DNA of 36,560 nucleotides from a virus (Duplodnaviria; Heunggongvirae; Uroviricota; Caudoviricetes): IMG/VR virus record IMGVR_UViG_2724679539_000003, positions 1 to 36,560 of that record; one strand, 5' to 3'. Shown piece by piece: positions 1 to 9,795 of this stretch (position 1 is its first letter; each line of letters starts with the position of its first letter). The notes under the pieces were generated by a model. It saw only the letters and a program-made list of their open reading frames with translations, ran no database searches and was not told where the DNA came from. The position numbers and the translations under genes were made by a program.

Positions 1-410
1 CTGTAATAATATCTAAGACAATAATAATGTGATAATCCCTACTAACCATCTGGAAAGCGTTTTAAAAAAAGTTTTATTCTTAATCAACTGATATTTAATG
101 ATAAGTATTATTAAATTGTCCTTTTATTAGTTGAAATCATATTTTTACAACCATCTGATTTAATTGATATTTCCCTTCATTTTTAGGGGGTTATACTATC
201 ATTTATATCAAAATAACGTTTCTTTTCACCAGCGATTAAGAAGAACTTTTAATGATTACGGTTGAGCAAGTAAAAATGAATTATCCAGGAGCAGATGCCT
301 GGCAAACAGGTGACAGCCCGGAACTGGCTAGCAAGCTTGCAAATCTGATCAAAAAAGGGATCAAAAAGGCCACCTGCGGATCTTTTGCTTCTTATCTACA
401 CATCATTCGG

Positions 411-660
411 TCAGAAACCGGCTTTGGTGAGTGCGTCGAAAGCAGCCTTTTGCAGATTGACCAGATCACGGCGACAGCGATCTGGCATATGGCACTCGAT
501 GCGGATTTTCACTGGCATAGCCCGGTCGATATCCAGCATTGAGTCTTTGGTAATTCGGAGGAGGCCAGTAAGCAGTATCGTCAAATCCACAGTAACGCCT
601 TAACGGGCTGATTCTGTCATCTGCCTCCCATAATACAGGGGGATACGGTGTTTACCGGAT
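411..660 (-). pseudogene. rusA-like Holliday junction resolvase pseudogene (prophage remnant)
   Basis: Minus-strand translation of about 411-539 reads [42 protein letters not shown] then TGA, matching the conserved RusA core as I remember it. Flanking continuation is broken by stops and frame changes and no intact ORF is listed. Boundaries approximate. Confidence 0.6.
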
Positions 661-939
661 TTTCAGCAGGCATAACGCCCGGCAGACTGGGATCCTCTTT
701 CCTCTGATACGATGAGCCTGCTATGCATGGTACTTCCGGCAACCCGCCTCCCGGCCGACACATTTTTTTCCCGGCAGCACCTCTGCCCTGCCCTTACCCC
801 TGCTGTCTGACCGTTTTTTATTGCCCCGTTTTTCTGCGCCGACTGCCGGACGCTCTTCCTGTGCCCCTTGTTAAGGGCAGAGGAAGACCGTCTGCCGGTG
901 GCTGCGGGATATCAGAACAGATGACAGGGAGAATGTTTT

Positions 940-3900
940 ATGAATGAAAACACGTTTCGCCACAGACCGCTGACCCGGGCGGTGGCTTTTTTGTGTATCG
1001 CCACCCAGGTGGCCTTTCCGGTGGCGGCGACAGCCACCGGGACTTTCCGGGTGACAGCACCGGTGGCAGACACCACCACCGCAGCGACTGCGGATGAGGA
1101 TGCCCGGCTGGCCGGACTCGCCTCACAGGCCGGCAGTATGCTCACCAGCGGAGTCAGTGGCGACCAGGCGGCTGACATGGCCCGGGGTTACGCCACCGGC
1201 GCGGCACAGGCGGCCTTTCAGGAATGGCTGAGCCAGTGGGGGACTGCCCGGGTGACACTGAGCGCTGATGAGCACTTCACCCTCAAAGGCTCGGCCCTTG
1301 ATTTGCTGCTGCCCTGGTACGACACCCCGGAGAATATCATCTTCACCCAGCACAGCATTCACCGCACTGATGACCGCAACCAGCTCAACACCGGTGCCGG
1401 CTGGCGTCACTTTATGCCGGATTACATGACCGGAGTGAACCTGTTTTTCGACCACGACCTGACGCGCTATCACAGCCGTCTGGGGCTCGGCGGCGAGTAC
1501 TGGCGCGATTACCTGAAGCTTGGAGCTAACGGTTACCTGCGCCTCACCGGCTGGCGGGATGCACCGGAACTGGATAATGACTATGAAGCGCGTCCGGCGA
1601 ACGGCTGGGATGTGCGGGCAGAAGGCTACCTGCCGGCATACCCGCAGCTGGGGGCGAAGCTGATGTATGAACAGTACTACGGGGATGAGGTGGCGCTGTT
1701 TGGTCGCGACCACCGGCAGAAAGACCCGCACGCCTTCACCGCCGGGCTGAGTTACACCCCGGTACCGCTGGTCTCCCTGAGTGCGGAGCAGCGTCAGGGC
1801 AAGGGGGGCGAGAACGACACCCACTTTGGCCTTAACCTGAGCTACACGCCGGGGGTGAGCCTGGCCCGCCAGCTTGACCCGGACGCGGTGGCGTACCGCC
1901 GCAGTCTCTCCGGCAGCCGCCATGACCTGGTGGAGCGTAACAACAACATTGTGCTGGAGTACCGCAAGAAAGAGCTGGTGAAGCTGCAGCTTAACGATCC
2001 AGTGACCGGTAAAGGCGGCGAGCAGAAAGCCCTGGTGGCCTCGCTGCAGAGTAAATATGCGCTGAAGACATTGCAGACCGATGCGGCAACGCTGACGGCA
2101 GCCGGAGGTGTTATCAGTACTACGGACAGCCAGGTGACCGTCACCCTGCCTGAGTACCGTTACACAGCCACCCCGGACACCGATAACACCTACCGGGTGG
2201 CGGTGACCGCCGAAGATGTGAAAGGCAACCACAGTAACCGCGAGGAGAGCACGGTGGTGGTGCAGGTGCCGCAACTGAGCACAGAGGACTCGGAAGTGAC
2301 CAGTGACAAACCCATGCTGAAGCCGGACGGGGTGGACACGGCACGCCTGACCTTCCTCGCCCGGGACACGGACGGTAAGGCAGTCAGTGGTCTGAAGGTG
2401 ACTGCCGGATTCACGGCGCCGGAGGGACTGAATTTCAGCCTGAGTGAGTTCTTCACGGAGACCTCCACCCCGGGGGAGTACACCGCTGAACTCAGCGGCA
2501 GTACGCCGGGTGAAGTGAGTGTGATGCCACAGGTCGAAGGAAAGGACGCGGCGACGGTGCCAGTGACGGTGATACTGAGCAAAACAGTACCGGTCATACA
2601 GTACTCCGACATCACCCTGTCAGCGGGCACCGTCCGGGAGACACTGGCAGCCACTGCACAGACCTTCCGTGCCGGTGACCCTGTGAGAGTGACGGTGACG
2701 CTGAGGGATGAACGACAGCAGCCAGTCGGCAACCAGAAAACGGTGCTGTACAGCGACGCCGTGACAGTAAGCGGGATGACAGAGGCAGACGGTGCAGAGT
2801 GGCAGGAAGAGGATGGCGGGGTTTACCGGAAGATGTACATCGCCCGTAACGCGGCAGACACACACCAGGCGAGGCTGACGCTGGGCGGGAAAAATAAATT
2901 CACTGAAAAGTACAGCGTCCTGCCGGGTGCGTTGTCTGTATCGAACTCGTCAGTCACAACCGGTAAGAAGCAAATTACGGCGGACGGTACAGATACGGCA
3001 GTACTAAAATATGAGGCCCGGGACATTTACGGCAATGCGGTGGGCGGACTGACGGTGACAGCAGTGAACCTGAATAACGACGTAACCGTCAGTGTGCCTG
3101 TTTTTGTGGAGACCGGGGAAATCGGTGTGTACACCACGACACTGACCGGCACCACAACGGGTATTGCACGCATCATGCCGCAGGTGAACGGAGAGAACGG
3201 AGTGAATGAGGCTGTAGAGGTTGAGCTGAAGGCACAGCTACCTGACAGGGAATATTCTGAGTTCGGCATGAACAGCAGTGATTATAAGACCGGGGACATC
3301 ATGACCCTGACAGCGACTCTGAAGGACAAAAATCAGAAAGCTGTCAGCGGGATGGCAGACACCCTGAATAAAGCCGGGGTGGTGAATGTGCCCAATACCA
3401 GCCTGGATATAGCATGGGCAGAAACCGACACCCCCGGTGAATACACGGCAACATATACCGCTGGTGCTGCGCAGGCGGGTCTGAAGGCCACCCTGATGCT
3501 GGAATGGACGAAAGAAGTGACCTACAGCATCAGTGTGGGTGAGAAAAACATGACCGGAGAGATATCTGCAGGAAGCTTTACCTTCAGTACCTCAGAGAAA
3601 TTCCCGACCACGGCCTTTAAGGGTGCAACCTTTACGCTGAAGGCAAATAACTTCCAGGATGATGTCAGTAAGTACGACCTGAAGGTCACGTGTGGCAGTG
3701 ATACAGACAGTTGTGCCGAAGTCAGCGTTAGGAAAAAGGATGGCGAAGCGATTGTCACATTCGGGACTGACCTGCCATCGTCTGCCCGGAGAGTGAAAAT
3801 CACTGCCACCCCGAATCAAGGCAGCAACGCCACCACCTTGCTGAAGTATGAATTTGAAGTCCATAACTGGTTTATCTGGGCAGGCATTAATCACAATTAC

Positions 3901-4212
3901 ACTAGTGCTGTGGCTACATGTAACCAGGACGGACGTCTCCCGACGCGGCCAGAACTGATTGATGGAAACACAATGTATTTGGGTAGGACTGGTTCCCTAC
4001 TGGGGGAGTGGGGGGGGCTGCCAGCTGACTCTCTCACAGAAGGTACGCCGCTTATTTGGGCCGCAGAGGATTCGAGTTATTCGACGTACGCCCGCTTTCC
4101 GGTGGGTCTGCTAATCGTGGGTGATGATGGGAAATTTTATTGGTCGCTTCGTTGGAAAGTTGAGTACGATGCGTTGGCAGATTTAGGCAACGTGTATTGT
4201 GTCCGCCAATGA
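940..4212 (+). CDS. Inverse autotransporter adhesin, intimin/invasin family
   Basis: 1090-aa ORF with AGGGAG RBS about 7 nt upstream and a hydrophobic signal-like N-terminus. Residues about 110-300 carry beta-domain-like motifs (LLPWYDTPENI, GAGWRHF, LSYTP). Long T/V/G-rich Ig-like repeat region, then a Cys-containing C-terminal lectin-like domain. Confidence 0.85.
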   Translation: MNENTFRHRPLTRAVAFLCIATQVAFPVAATATGTFRVTAPVADTTTAATADEDARLAGLASQAGSMLTSGVSGDQAADMARGYATGAAQAAFQEWLSQWGTARVTLSADEHFTLKGSALDLLLPWYDTPENIIFTQHSIHRTDDRNQLNTGAGWRHFMPDYMTGVNLFFDHDLTRYHSRLGLGGEYWRDYLKLGANGYLRLTGWRDAPELDNDYEARPANGWDVRAEGYLPAYPQLGAKLMYEQYYGDEVALFGRDHRQKDPHAFTAGLSYTPVPLVSLSAEQRQGKGGENDTHFGLNLSYTPGVSLARQLDPDAVAYRRSLSGSRHDLVERNNNIVLEYRKKELVKLQLNDPVTGKGGEQKALVASLQSKYALKTLQTDAATLTAAGGVISTTDSQVTVTLPEYRYTATPDTDNTYRVAVTAEDVKGNHSNREESTVVVQVPQLSTEDSEVTSDKPMLKPDGVDTARLTFLARDTDGKAVSGLKVTAGFTAPEGLNFSLSEFFTETSTPGEYTAELSGSTPGEVSVMPQVEGKDAATVPVTVILSKTVPVIQYSDITLSAGTVRETLAATAQTFRAGDPVRVTVTLRDERQQPVGNQKTVLYSDAVTVSGMTEADGAEWQEEDGGVYRKMYIARNAADTHQARLTLGGKNKFTEKYSVLPGALSVSNSSVTTGKKQITADGTDTAVLKYEARDIYGNAVGGLTVTAVNLNNDVTVSVPVFVETGEIGVYTTTLTGTTTGIARIMPQVNGENGVNEAVEVELKAQLPDREYSEFGMNSSDYKTGDIMTLTATLKDKNQKAVSGMADTLNKAGVVNVPNTSLDIAWAETDTPGEYTATYTAGAAQAGLKATLMLEWTKEVTYSISVGEKNMTGEISAGSFTFSTSEKFPTTAFKGATFTLKANNFQDDVSKYDLKVTCGSDTDSCAEVSVRKKDGEAIVTFGTDLPSSARRVKITATPNQGSNATTLLKYEFEVHNWFIWAGINHNYTSAVATCNQDGRLPTRPELIDGNTMYLGRTGSLLGEWGGLPADSLTEGTPLIWAAEDSSYSTYARFPVGLLIVGDDGKFYWSLRWKVEYDALADLGNVYCVRQ

Positions 4213-4529
4213 CTGTAACTGAATGGCAGAACCTGAGAAAGTGCACTAATCCGCTGTCTCCGGTTGATTCTCCACATAGTCTCCGGGGTAGCCAGATCCC
4301 TCCCCACAGCCAGTACTTCAGATACTGCGCCACCCTGTCAGCCTGCACGGATGCGGGCTGGTCGCGGGCCTGATCATAAAGCCGACGCAGTTTCAACAAC
4401 ATATCATTCATCCAAGGGGCAGGCTTTCTGCCCCTTTTCACCCAATAAAGCGCACTTCCCTCCGGTTATTCCCTAATAATATGTAATAGACATTATTATC
4501 CAGAATCGTAATTGTACTACCTGGTGTTC

Positions 4530-5110
4530 ATAATAAGGGCACTTATGCTTCATCGCGGCACTCTGACGGCTCTCCTTGAACAATCAGGTTCGTGCTCATC
4601 TGTCGCTCCCGTTCCTCCAGGGTAGCTAACCGGTAATACACCGTTCGCCAGACCTTACCATCGATGAGCCTTATCCATTTAAAGAGCAGGTTATGATTGA
4701 CGTCATGTTTCCGGGTCAGTGCGGCAATACTACCTTCTTCTTCAAGAGCCAGCCTGACCAGTTACATTTTGAATTCAGGGGAAGAGTGTTTCCGGGGAAG
4801 TCTTTCTTTGCGCGCACGAGGTGTCCACCTGCAAAATAAGTGGGTGCTCAAGGTACAGGATCCTGGATTCGGGGGCAGACGGTACTCAGACGACGCTTAC
4901 TCTTGATGTCGGGCTTCCTGAAAGGTTCTCGATAATCGGGAAACTCAGGGTGTGTTATCCTGTGGTCACTCTCTGCCACGTGTTCAGGGTTCATCGCAGT
5001 AGCTACAAATACTGGGAAAACCGTTCTGGAAAACCAGACGGCAGACAGGCTGTATTACGCAGTCAGGTACTTGAGCTACATGGCATCAGCTACGGTCCGG
5101 CATGAGCAAG
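4530..5110. mobile_element. Insertion-sequence debris (IS3-family-like transposase fragments on both strands)
   Basis: Minus strand about 4530-4700 encodes an HTH_Tnp_1-like stretch (EEEGSIAALTRKHDVNHNLLFKW). Plus strand about 4960-5100 encodes an IS3 OrfB N-terminus-like stretch ([14 protein letters not shown]...LELHGISYG). No intact transposase ORF; AT-rich and frame-broken. Confidence 0.4.
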
Positions 5111-5345
5111 AAGCATCGCCACAATGGCAACCCAGTTTCGCTTGTCATAATGAAGAGAACATTCGAGACTTTTAAGTCTCTTAAGGAGCATAGTATTGTC
5201 CTGATTACATTGGATCATTAACTTTTAGGACAATAAAAATTGAAAAGCAACGTCCGCTCGTGACACGGAGCGAACTGCCAGCCTCACCATTAGGTCTGCC
5301 ATGATCAAACAGCAGACCTGTCTTTCGAACAACATCCCGTATGTT

Positions 5346-6137
5346 CTAGCGCAACAGTATTTTACCCGACAGGTACGTTGTTGCCTGCCCGCCAATGTGA
5401 ACACGTTCCCCGACCTGCTGGCAGCGTAAATCCCCGCCGCGCTCAGCGCCCTGATACGCCATCATTTGTGTCTTGTTCAATTTTTCCGCCCAGTACGGAA
5501 TGAGCATACTGTGCGCTGAACCTGTGACGGGGTCTTCCACTACGGCTTCACCCGGGCAGAAGAAACGGCTGACAAAATCATATTCCCCTTCTCCCGGTGC
5601 TGTGATACAAACCATTTTTCCCAGAGGCAGCATGGCATTAATATCCGGTCGTACTGCTTCAACCTGCTGTTGGTTCTCCAGCACCACCATGTAATCACGC
5701 GCCACGCGCACTTCTATGTATTCTGTAATACCTAACGCTTCCAGCAGTAATGACGGTGGTGTGACGGGTTCAGTTTTCCAGGCAGGAAAATCAAGCGTCA
5801 GCCATTCACCGTAGCGTGTCACCGTCAGTGGACCAACAAACCGGGTATCAAAATGGATAGTCTCGCCCGGATGGTTCAGATGTTCAAAGATGACGTGAGC
5901 AGCGGCCAGTGTGGCATGTCCGCATAGATTGATTTCCGCCTGAGTGGTGAACCAGCGCAGCTCAAAACCTTTTTCAGTCGGGACAAAATAAGCGGTTTCT
6001 GATTGGTTATGCTGTTTAGACATTTTCAGTAATGTCTCATCGGGCAGCCATTCTGTGAGAGGACAAACAGCTGCGGCATTACCTTCAAATGTGGAATTAG
6101 CAAAAGCATCTACCATGTAAAAATCGATTTGTCGCAT
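5346..6137 (-). CDS. PhzF-family isomerase-like protein
   Basis: ORF 5346-6173; likely start is the internal ATG at 6137 (AGAGG RBS 8 nt upstream), giving MRQIDFYMVDAFANSTFEGNAAAV, a typical PhzF/YddE-type N-terminus. Full-length, about 263 aa. Confidence 0.85.
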   Translation of the reverse strand: MRQIDFYMVDAFANSTFEGNAAAVCPLTEWLPDETLLKMSKQHNQSETAYFVPTEKGFELRWFTTQAEINLCGHATLAAAHVIFEHLNHPGETIHFDTRFVGPLTVTRYGEWLTLDFPAWKTEPVTPPSLLLEALGITEYIEVRVARDYMVVLENQQQVEAVRPDINAMLPLGKMVCITAPGEGEYDFVSRFFCPGEAVVEDPVTGSAHSMLIPYWAEKLNKTQMMAYQGAERGGDLRCQQVGERVHIGGQATTYLSGKILLR

Positions 6138-6269
6138 TACAAAAACCTCTGGATCGCCACCGGAATAGCCCATACCTTACCATGTCTTAACAACGTATTT
6201 TTTTGAATTCTTTCAACGTCCGCAGAGAACGCAACAAAACAACCGCGAAATCGAGTAAACCGCCAAAGA

Positions 6270-6827
6270 TTGTCACTGCCCGAATGGCAGGCAATATTTG
6301 ACAGCGTAAGCAGACGGCAGCCCTATTTAAAATGCGGGATGCTACTTGTTCTTGTTACTGGACAACGTTTAGGTGATATCTGCAATTTGAAATTCTCTGA
6401 TATCTGGGACGACATGTTGTACATTATTCAGGAAAAAACCGGTTCAAAACTTGCTATTCCGCTTAACCTGAAATGCGATGCTCTGAATATTACCCTTCGT
6501 GAAGTTATATCTCAGTGCAGGGATGCTGTTGTTAGTCAATATCTGGTCCATTACCGTCACACTACCTCTCAAGCAAACAGAGGAGACCAGGTTTCTGCAA
6601 ATACTCTGACAACGGCTTTTAAAAAGGCCAGGGAAAAATGTGGCATAAAGTGGGAGCCAGGAACTGCGCCCACATTTCATGAGCAGCGATCTCTGTCAGA
6701 ACGGTTATATCGGGAACAGGGTCTGGATACGCAAAAGTTACCAGGTCATAAATCCAGAGAAATGACCGACCGATACAATGATGATCGTGGTAAAGACTGG
6801 GTTATCGTAGATATCAAAACAGCATAG
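6270..6827 (+). pseudogene. Lambda-type tyrosine integrase, C-terminal fragment (N-terminus deleted)
   Basis: 185-aa ORF with a TTG pseudo-start aligns with the C-terminal catalytic half of lambda Int (VTGQRLGDIC...HEQRSLSERLY...GHKS...DDRGKDW) and ends 114 nt from the icd fragment. The N-terminal ~170 aa are absent. Confidence 0.8.
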
Positions 6828-6837
6828 AAAATAGCCA

Positions 6838-6875
6838 GTTTTGGGGAAGGGTTTTGGGGAAAGTTTGGGGGAAAA
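6838..6875 (+). repeat. Three tandem direct repeats GTTTTGGGGAA(A/G); candidate arm-type integrase binding sites
   Basis: Repeats of 12-13 bp at 6838-6850, 6851-6862 and 6863-6875, between the int fragment stop and the icd fragment. Position matches the P-prime arm of a lambda-type att site. Confidence 0.45.
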
Positions 6876-6894
6876 TTTTACATCATCATAAAAC

Positions 6895-6917
6895 AACGGG
6901 CGTGTTATACGCCCGTT
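6895..6917 (-). terminator. Hairpin downstream of the icd 3-prime fragment (icd terminator-like, possibly bidirectional)
   Basis: 8-bp stem AACGGGCG/CGCCCGTT with a 7-nt loop; on the minus strand it is followed by GTTTTATGATG. Confidence 0.45.
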
Positions 6918-6940
6918 TCAATATTTAACACATGTAGAGA

Positions 6941-7108
6941 TTACATGTTCTTGATGATCGCATCACCAAATTCTGAACATTTCAGCAACTTAGCGCCTTC
7001 CATCAGTCGTTCGAAATCATAGGTTACGGTCTTCGCATTGATTGCGCCTTCCATACCTTTAACAATCAGGTCAGCTGCTTCAGTCCAACCCATATGGCGC
7101 AGCATTAG
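6941..7108 (-). pseudogene. icdC: icd 3-prime fragment (isocitrate dehydrogenase C-terminal 55 codons); phage attachment-site remnant, icdC-like
   Basis: Minus-strand translation [54 protein letters not shown] plus stop matches the Icd C-terminus. No upstream icd coding sequence; e14-type phages integrate in the icd 3-prime end. Confidence 0.85.
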
Positions 7109-7338
7109 TTAGATGATTAAATCGTAACTATTTGACATAGCAACATAATTTTACTAATTTGCATATAACTCATTAGCTCTTAGCATTTCCATAACTCATT
7201 GATTATCAACATGTGTTTTTGAGTTTTGATAACCATTTTTAGCATAAAAATAGCAGTTAACATTTGCAGAAGTTAAGATCAGAGAAAATTTTTACCCTGT
7301 AAGGTATTACGTCTTAAATGTGACTTTAATAAACAATT

Positions 7339-8172
7339 TTATTTCTGTAATCGGTTTATATTAACGTAAAGCATCTCGATTAGCTCTTTTGCATTTTTAC
7401 TATAGTGCAATTCTCTATGGCAATTCGGACAAAGGGCAACACAGTTATCTGTTGTATCAGCACCACCTGAAGACAGGGGAATTACATGATGCACTTCCAA
7501 GTATGGGCTTCCATCATTTAAATAAAACGGAGCATTTTTACCACAGTTTTCACATATACCTTTACTTTGCTGTAAAATCCAAGCTTTTACCATCGGGTCT
7601 CGGAGATAAACTTTTTGTAGTCTTTCTACCTCAACTGGTTTTCTGGAGCCCTCGGGTTGACTCAACGTTTTCTTAATTAATTTACTAACCCTCATATTCA
7701 GAAGCGATTCATCATCTGTAGGCTGTGAAAGCTCTGATAGATCTCCACGTATTATAGACGCCCAAAAACTGTCACTATAAATACCTGGAACATTTATCAA
7801 TATTCGTTTCGTTCTATTGCCGGAAGGAATTTCCTTTCTCCCCGTACGACTAAAATAAGCCTGATAACCACACATCTTCAAGCGTATATCGCGGGGGCTA
7901 TTACCAATCAAAGTAAAATATTCACCAGGATGGATTTTTCTTTCATCCAAAGAATGCATATGTTTTCTGACTGATGATGACGCCAGATATACTACGATTT
8001 GGGATACACCAGAATCAACCAACCGTTCAATGATATAATCAAGAGCGATATTGTAATCTTTGTTTCTGTCACCCGGCCCCCACGACTCAAGGATTAGACC
8101 ATAAACGCCATCCTCTTCACCTATCGAACACTCAGCTTTTAGTTCAATTCCATTATTATCAAAAACATGCAT
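7339..8172 (-). CDS. mcrA: McrA, 5-methylcytosine-specific (type IV) restriction endonuclease, HNH family
   Basis: 277-aa ORF; C-terminal HNH motif (CENCGKNAPF...EVHHVIPLSSGG...CPNCH); AT-rich; sits next to pin at the prophage end as in e14. Confidence 0.9.
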   Translation of the reverse strand: MHVFDNNGIELKAECSIGEEDGVYGLILESWGPGDRNKDYNIALDYIIERLVDSGVSQIVVYLASSSVRKHMHSLDERKIHPGEYFTLIGNSPRDIRLKMCGYQAYFSRTGRKEIPSGNRTKRILINVPGIYSDSFWASIIRGDLSELSQPTDDESLLNMRVSKLIKKTLSQPEGSRKPVEVERLQKVYLRDPMVKAWILQQSKGICENCGKNAPFYLNDGSPYLEVHHVIPLSSGGADTTDNCVALCPNCHRELHYSKNAKELIEMLYVNINRLQK

Positions 8173-8273
8173 AGCATTAATCTTTAATCAATTTTTTACG
8201 ACAATACTACTTTTATTGATAAAATTGCAACAAGTTGCTGTTGTTTTATTTTGTACACAAAGTGTCTTTAACT

Positions 8274-8828
8274 TTATTTATCCCCTGCAGGAAACCTCTT
8301 ATACAAAGTTGACACACCAACATCATAGATAATCGCCACCTTCTGGCGAGGAATGCCTGATGCAATTAATCGCCCGGCCTGCGCCCATTGTTCTAGTGTA
8401 AGTTTGGGACGACGTCCCCCAATTCGTCCCTGTGCGCGAGCAGCTTCCAGTCCAGCTTTTGTTCGTTCAACAATCAGTTCTCGTTCCATTTCAGCCAGGG
8501 CACCCATCACATGAAAGAAAAAACGCCCCATCGGTGTGCTGGTATCAATAGCATCCGTCAGGCTGCGAAAATTAACGCCACGTTCGCGCAACTCCTCAAC
8601 CAGAATGACCAGATGCCGCATACTACGCCCCAGCCGATCCAGCTTCCAGACAACCAGAGTATCACCTGCCGATAATGTCCTGAGCAGTTTTTTCAGTCCC
8701 GGCCTTTCGGACTTTGTACCGCTTATCTTGTCTTCAAAAATCAGCTCGCATCCTGCACAGTTCAGCGCATTACGTTGTAGATCTGTGTTCTGGTCATTTG
8801 TTGACACACGTACATAGCCAATAAGCAT
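8274..8828 (-). CDS. pin: Pin/Gin/Hin-family serine DNA invertase
   Basis: ORF 8274-8864; likely start ATG at 8828 (AGGGAG RBS), giving 184 aa MLIGYVRVSTNDQ with the serine-recombinase catalytic N-terminus and a C-terminal HTH. Confidence 0.92.
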   Translation of the reverse strand: MLIGYVRVSTNDQNTDLQRNALNCAGCELIFEDKISGTKSERPGLKKLLRTLSAGDTLVVWKLDRLGRSMRHLVILVEELRERGVNFRSLTDAIDTSTPMGRFFFHVMGALAEMERELIVERTKAGLEAARAQGRIGGRRPKLTLEQWAQAGRLIASGIPRQKVAIIYDVGVSTLYKRFPAGDK

Positions 8829-8854
8829 GGTAGATCTCCCTGACAAAAGCAGGA

Positions 8855-9349
8855 ATGATGCCATTTGCTCGTTATTTCTGCATTTTCATAAACGTTGGTT
8901 TGGGAGAAGCGGCAAAACGGAATGTGGGCAACGGGGAAAACCAAATCCCTGATATGTCTTTCTGGACGGTTACTGGTGGCAATGGAAATTTTGTGATTCG
9001 TCAACCTGACGGGCTAATCATCCAGATGGTTACTGTAAGTATAAGCGGCCCAGTGGCGATGAATGGAATGACTGATAATGCTTATGCCATCACAGGTTCT
9101 AATAAGTCTTATATTGCCACAGCCACATTGCCCTTTGTATTTCCTAATAAGGTGCTGGGCGTTATCCCTCTGGTATCAACAACAACCTATGGTGGTGTAT
9201 CCAGTAATATTACAGGTTCATACGCGACGGCGGTTTGTTCTTTTGCCGCTGTCCGGGGGAATAATACGATTGTATTCAAAGTCGACAAACCACTGAATGC
9301 AGCCTTTCCTTCAGATACCAGCGTCTCAGCGTTAATCATTGGACGGTAA
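8855..9349 (+). CDS. Silent alternative tail-fiber C-terminal segment (Stf-prime variable part, expressed only after inversion)
   Basis: The ORF shares the GLGE codons at the crossover site with the expressed tail fiber; no own promoter or constant N-terminus. Confidence 0.65.
   Translation: MMPFARYFCIFINVGLGEAAKRNVGNGENQIPDMSFWTVTGGNGNFVIRQPDGLIIQMVTVSISGPVAMNGMTDNAYAITGSNKSYIATATLPFVFPNKVLGVIPLVSTTTYGGVSSNITGSYATAVCSFAAVRGNNTIVFKVDKPLNAAFPSDTSVSALIIGR
8883..8908. other. Invertase crossover site 1 (gix/hix-like, 12-2-12)
   Basis: TTTTCATAAACG TT GGTTTGGGAGAA; its reverse complement closely matches the site at 10867-10892. Confidence 0.7.
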
Positions 9350-9351
9350 TA

Positions 9352-9795
9352 ATGAACTCAGTATTCTTTTCACCCGGAAGTAAAAGTTTTTATCTACAAG
9401 AATTGTTTCCAGAATATGAGGATGCGGGAACGCTTCCAGATGATGTTATTGAAATTACCCGAGAAACATATGAGCAATTTCTTGGGCTGCATCCAGAAGG
9501 GAAAGAAATTGGCGCTGACAGTTCAGGACGGCCAGTATGGATTAATTCCCCACCCCCTTCAAAAGAGGATGAGGTGTTGACGGCTGAAATGAAAAAAATA
9601 TCTTTGGTTTCAGAAGTCAATACCTACATCAATACCCATCAGTGGCCTGGCAAAGCTGCTATTGGTCGTCTGAAAGGTGACGAGCTGGAACAATATAATT
9701 TATGGCTGGATTATCTGGACGCACTGGAACTGGTTGATACCTCCAGTGCTCCAGATATTGAATGGCCTACGCCTCCGGCAGTTCAGGCCAGATGA
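9352..9795 (+). CDS. Tail fiber assembly protein (alternative, inside invertible segment)
   Basis: 147 aa with Tfa-family C-terminus LDYLDALELVDTSSAPDIEWPTPP; convergent with and overlapping the other tfa. Confidence 0.85.
   Translation: MNSVFFSPGSKSFYLQELFPEYEDAGTLPDDVIEITRETYEQFLGLHPEGKEIGADSSGRPVWINSPPPSKEDEVLTAEMKKISLVSEVNTYINTHQWPGKAAIGRLKGDELEQYNLWLDYLDALELVDTSSAPDIEWPTPPAVQAR

Noticed and set aside
252-542. 96-aa plus-strand ORF at the left edge
   Set aside because: Its 3-prime half is exactly antisense to the well-conserved core of the rusA pseudogene; most likely a shadow ORF. A vague N-terminal resemblance to ASCH-type proteins could not be supported.
1123-3894. Many minus-strand ORFs (up to 383 aa) inside the adhesin gene
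   Set aside because: Antisense shadow ORFs expected in a long GC-rich repetitive gene; Pro/Arg/Ser-rich low-complexity translations with no start context.
4052-4441. 129-aa minus-strand ORF downstream of the adhesin
   Set aside because: It uses a GTG start, has no credible RBS, overlaps the adhesin C-terminal coding region by 160 nt, and its 5-prime end coincides with a hairpin plus T-tract that is better explained as a terminator for the adhesin gene.
7389-7676. 95-aa plus-strand ORF inside mcrA
   Set aside because: Antisense to the mcrA coding sequence.
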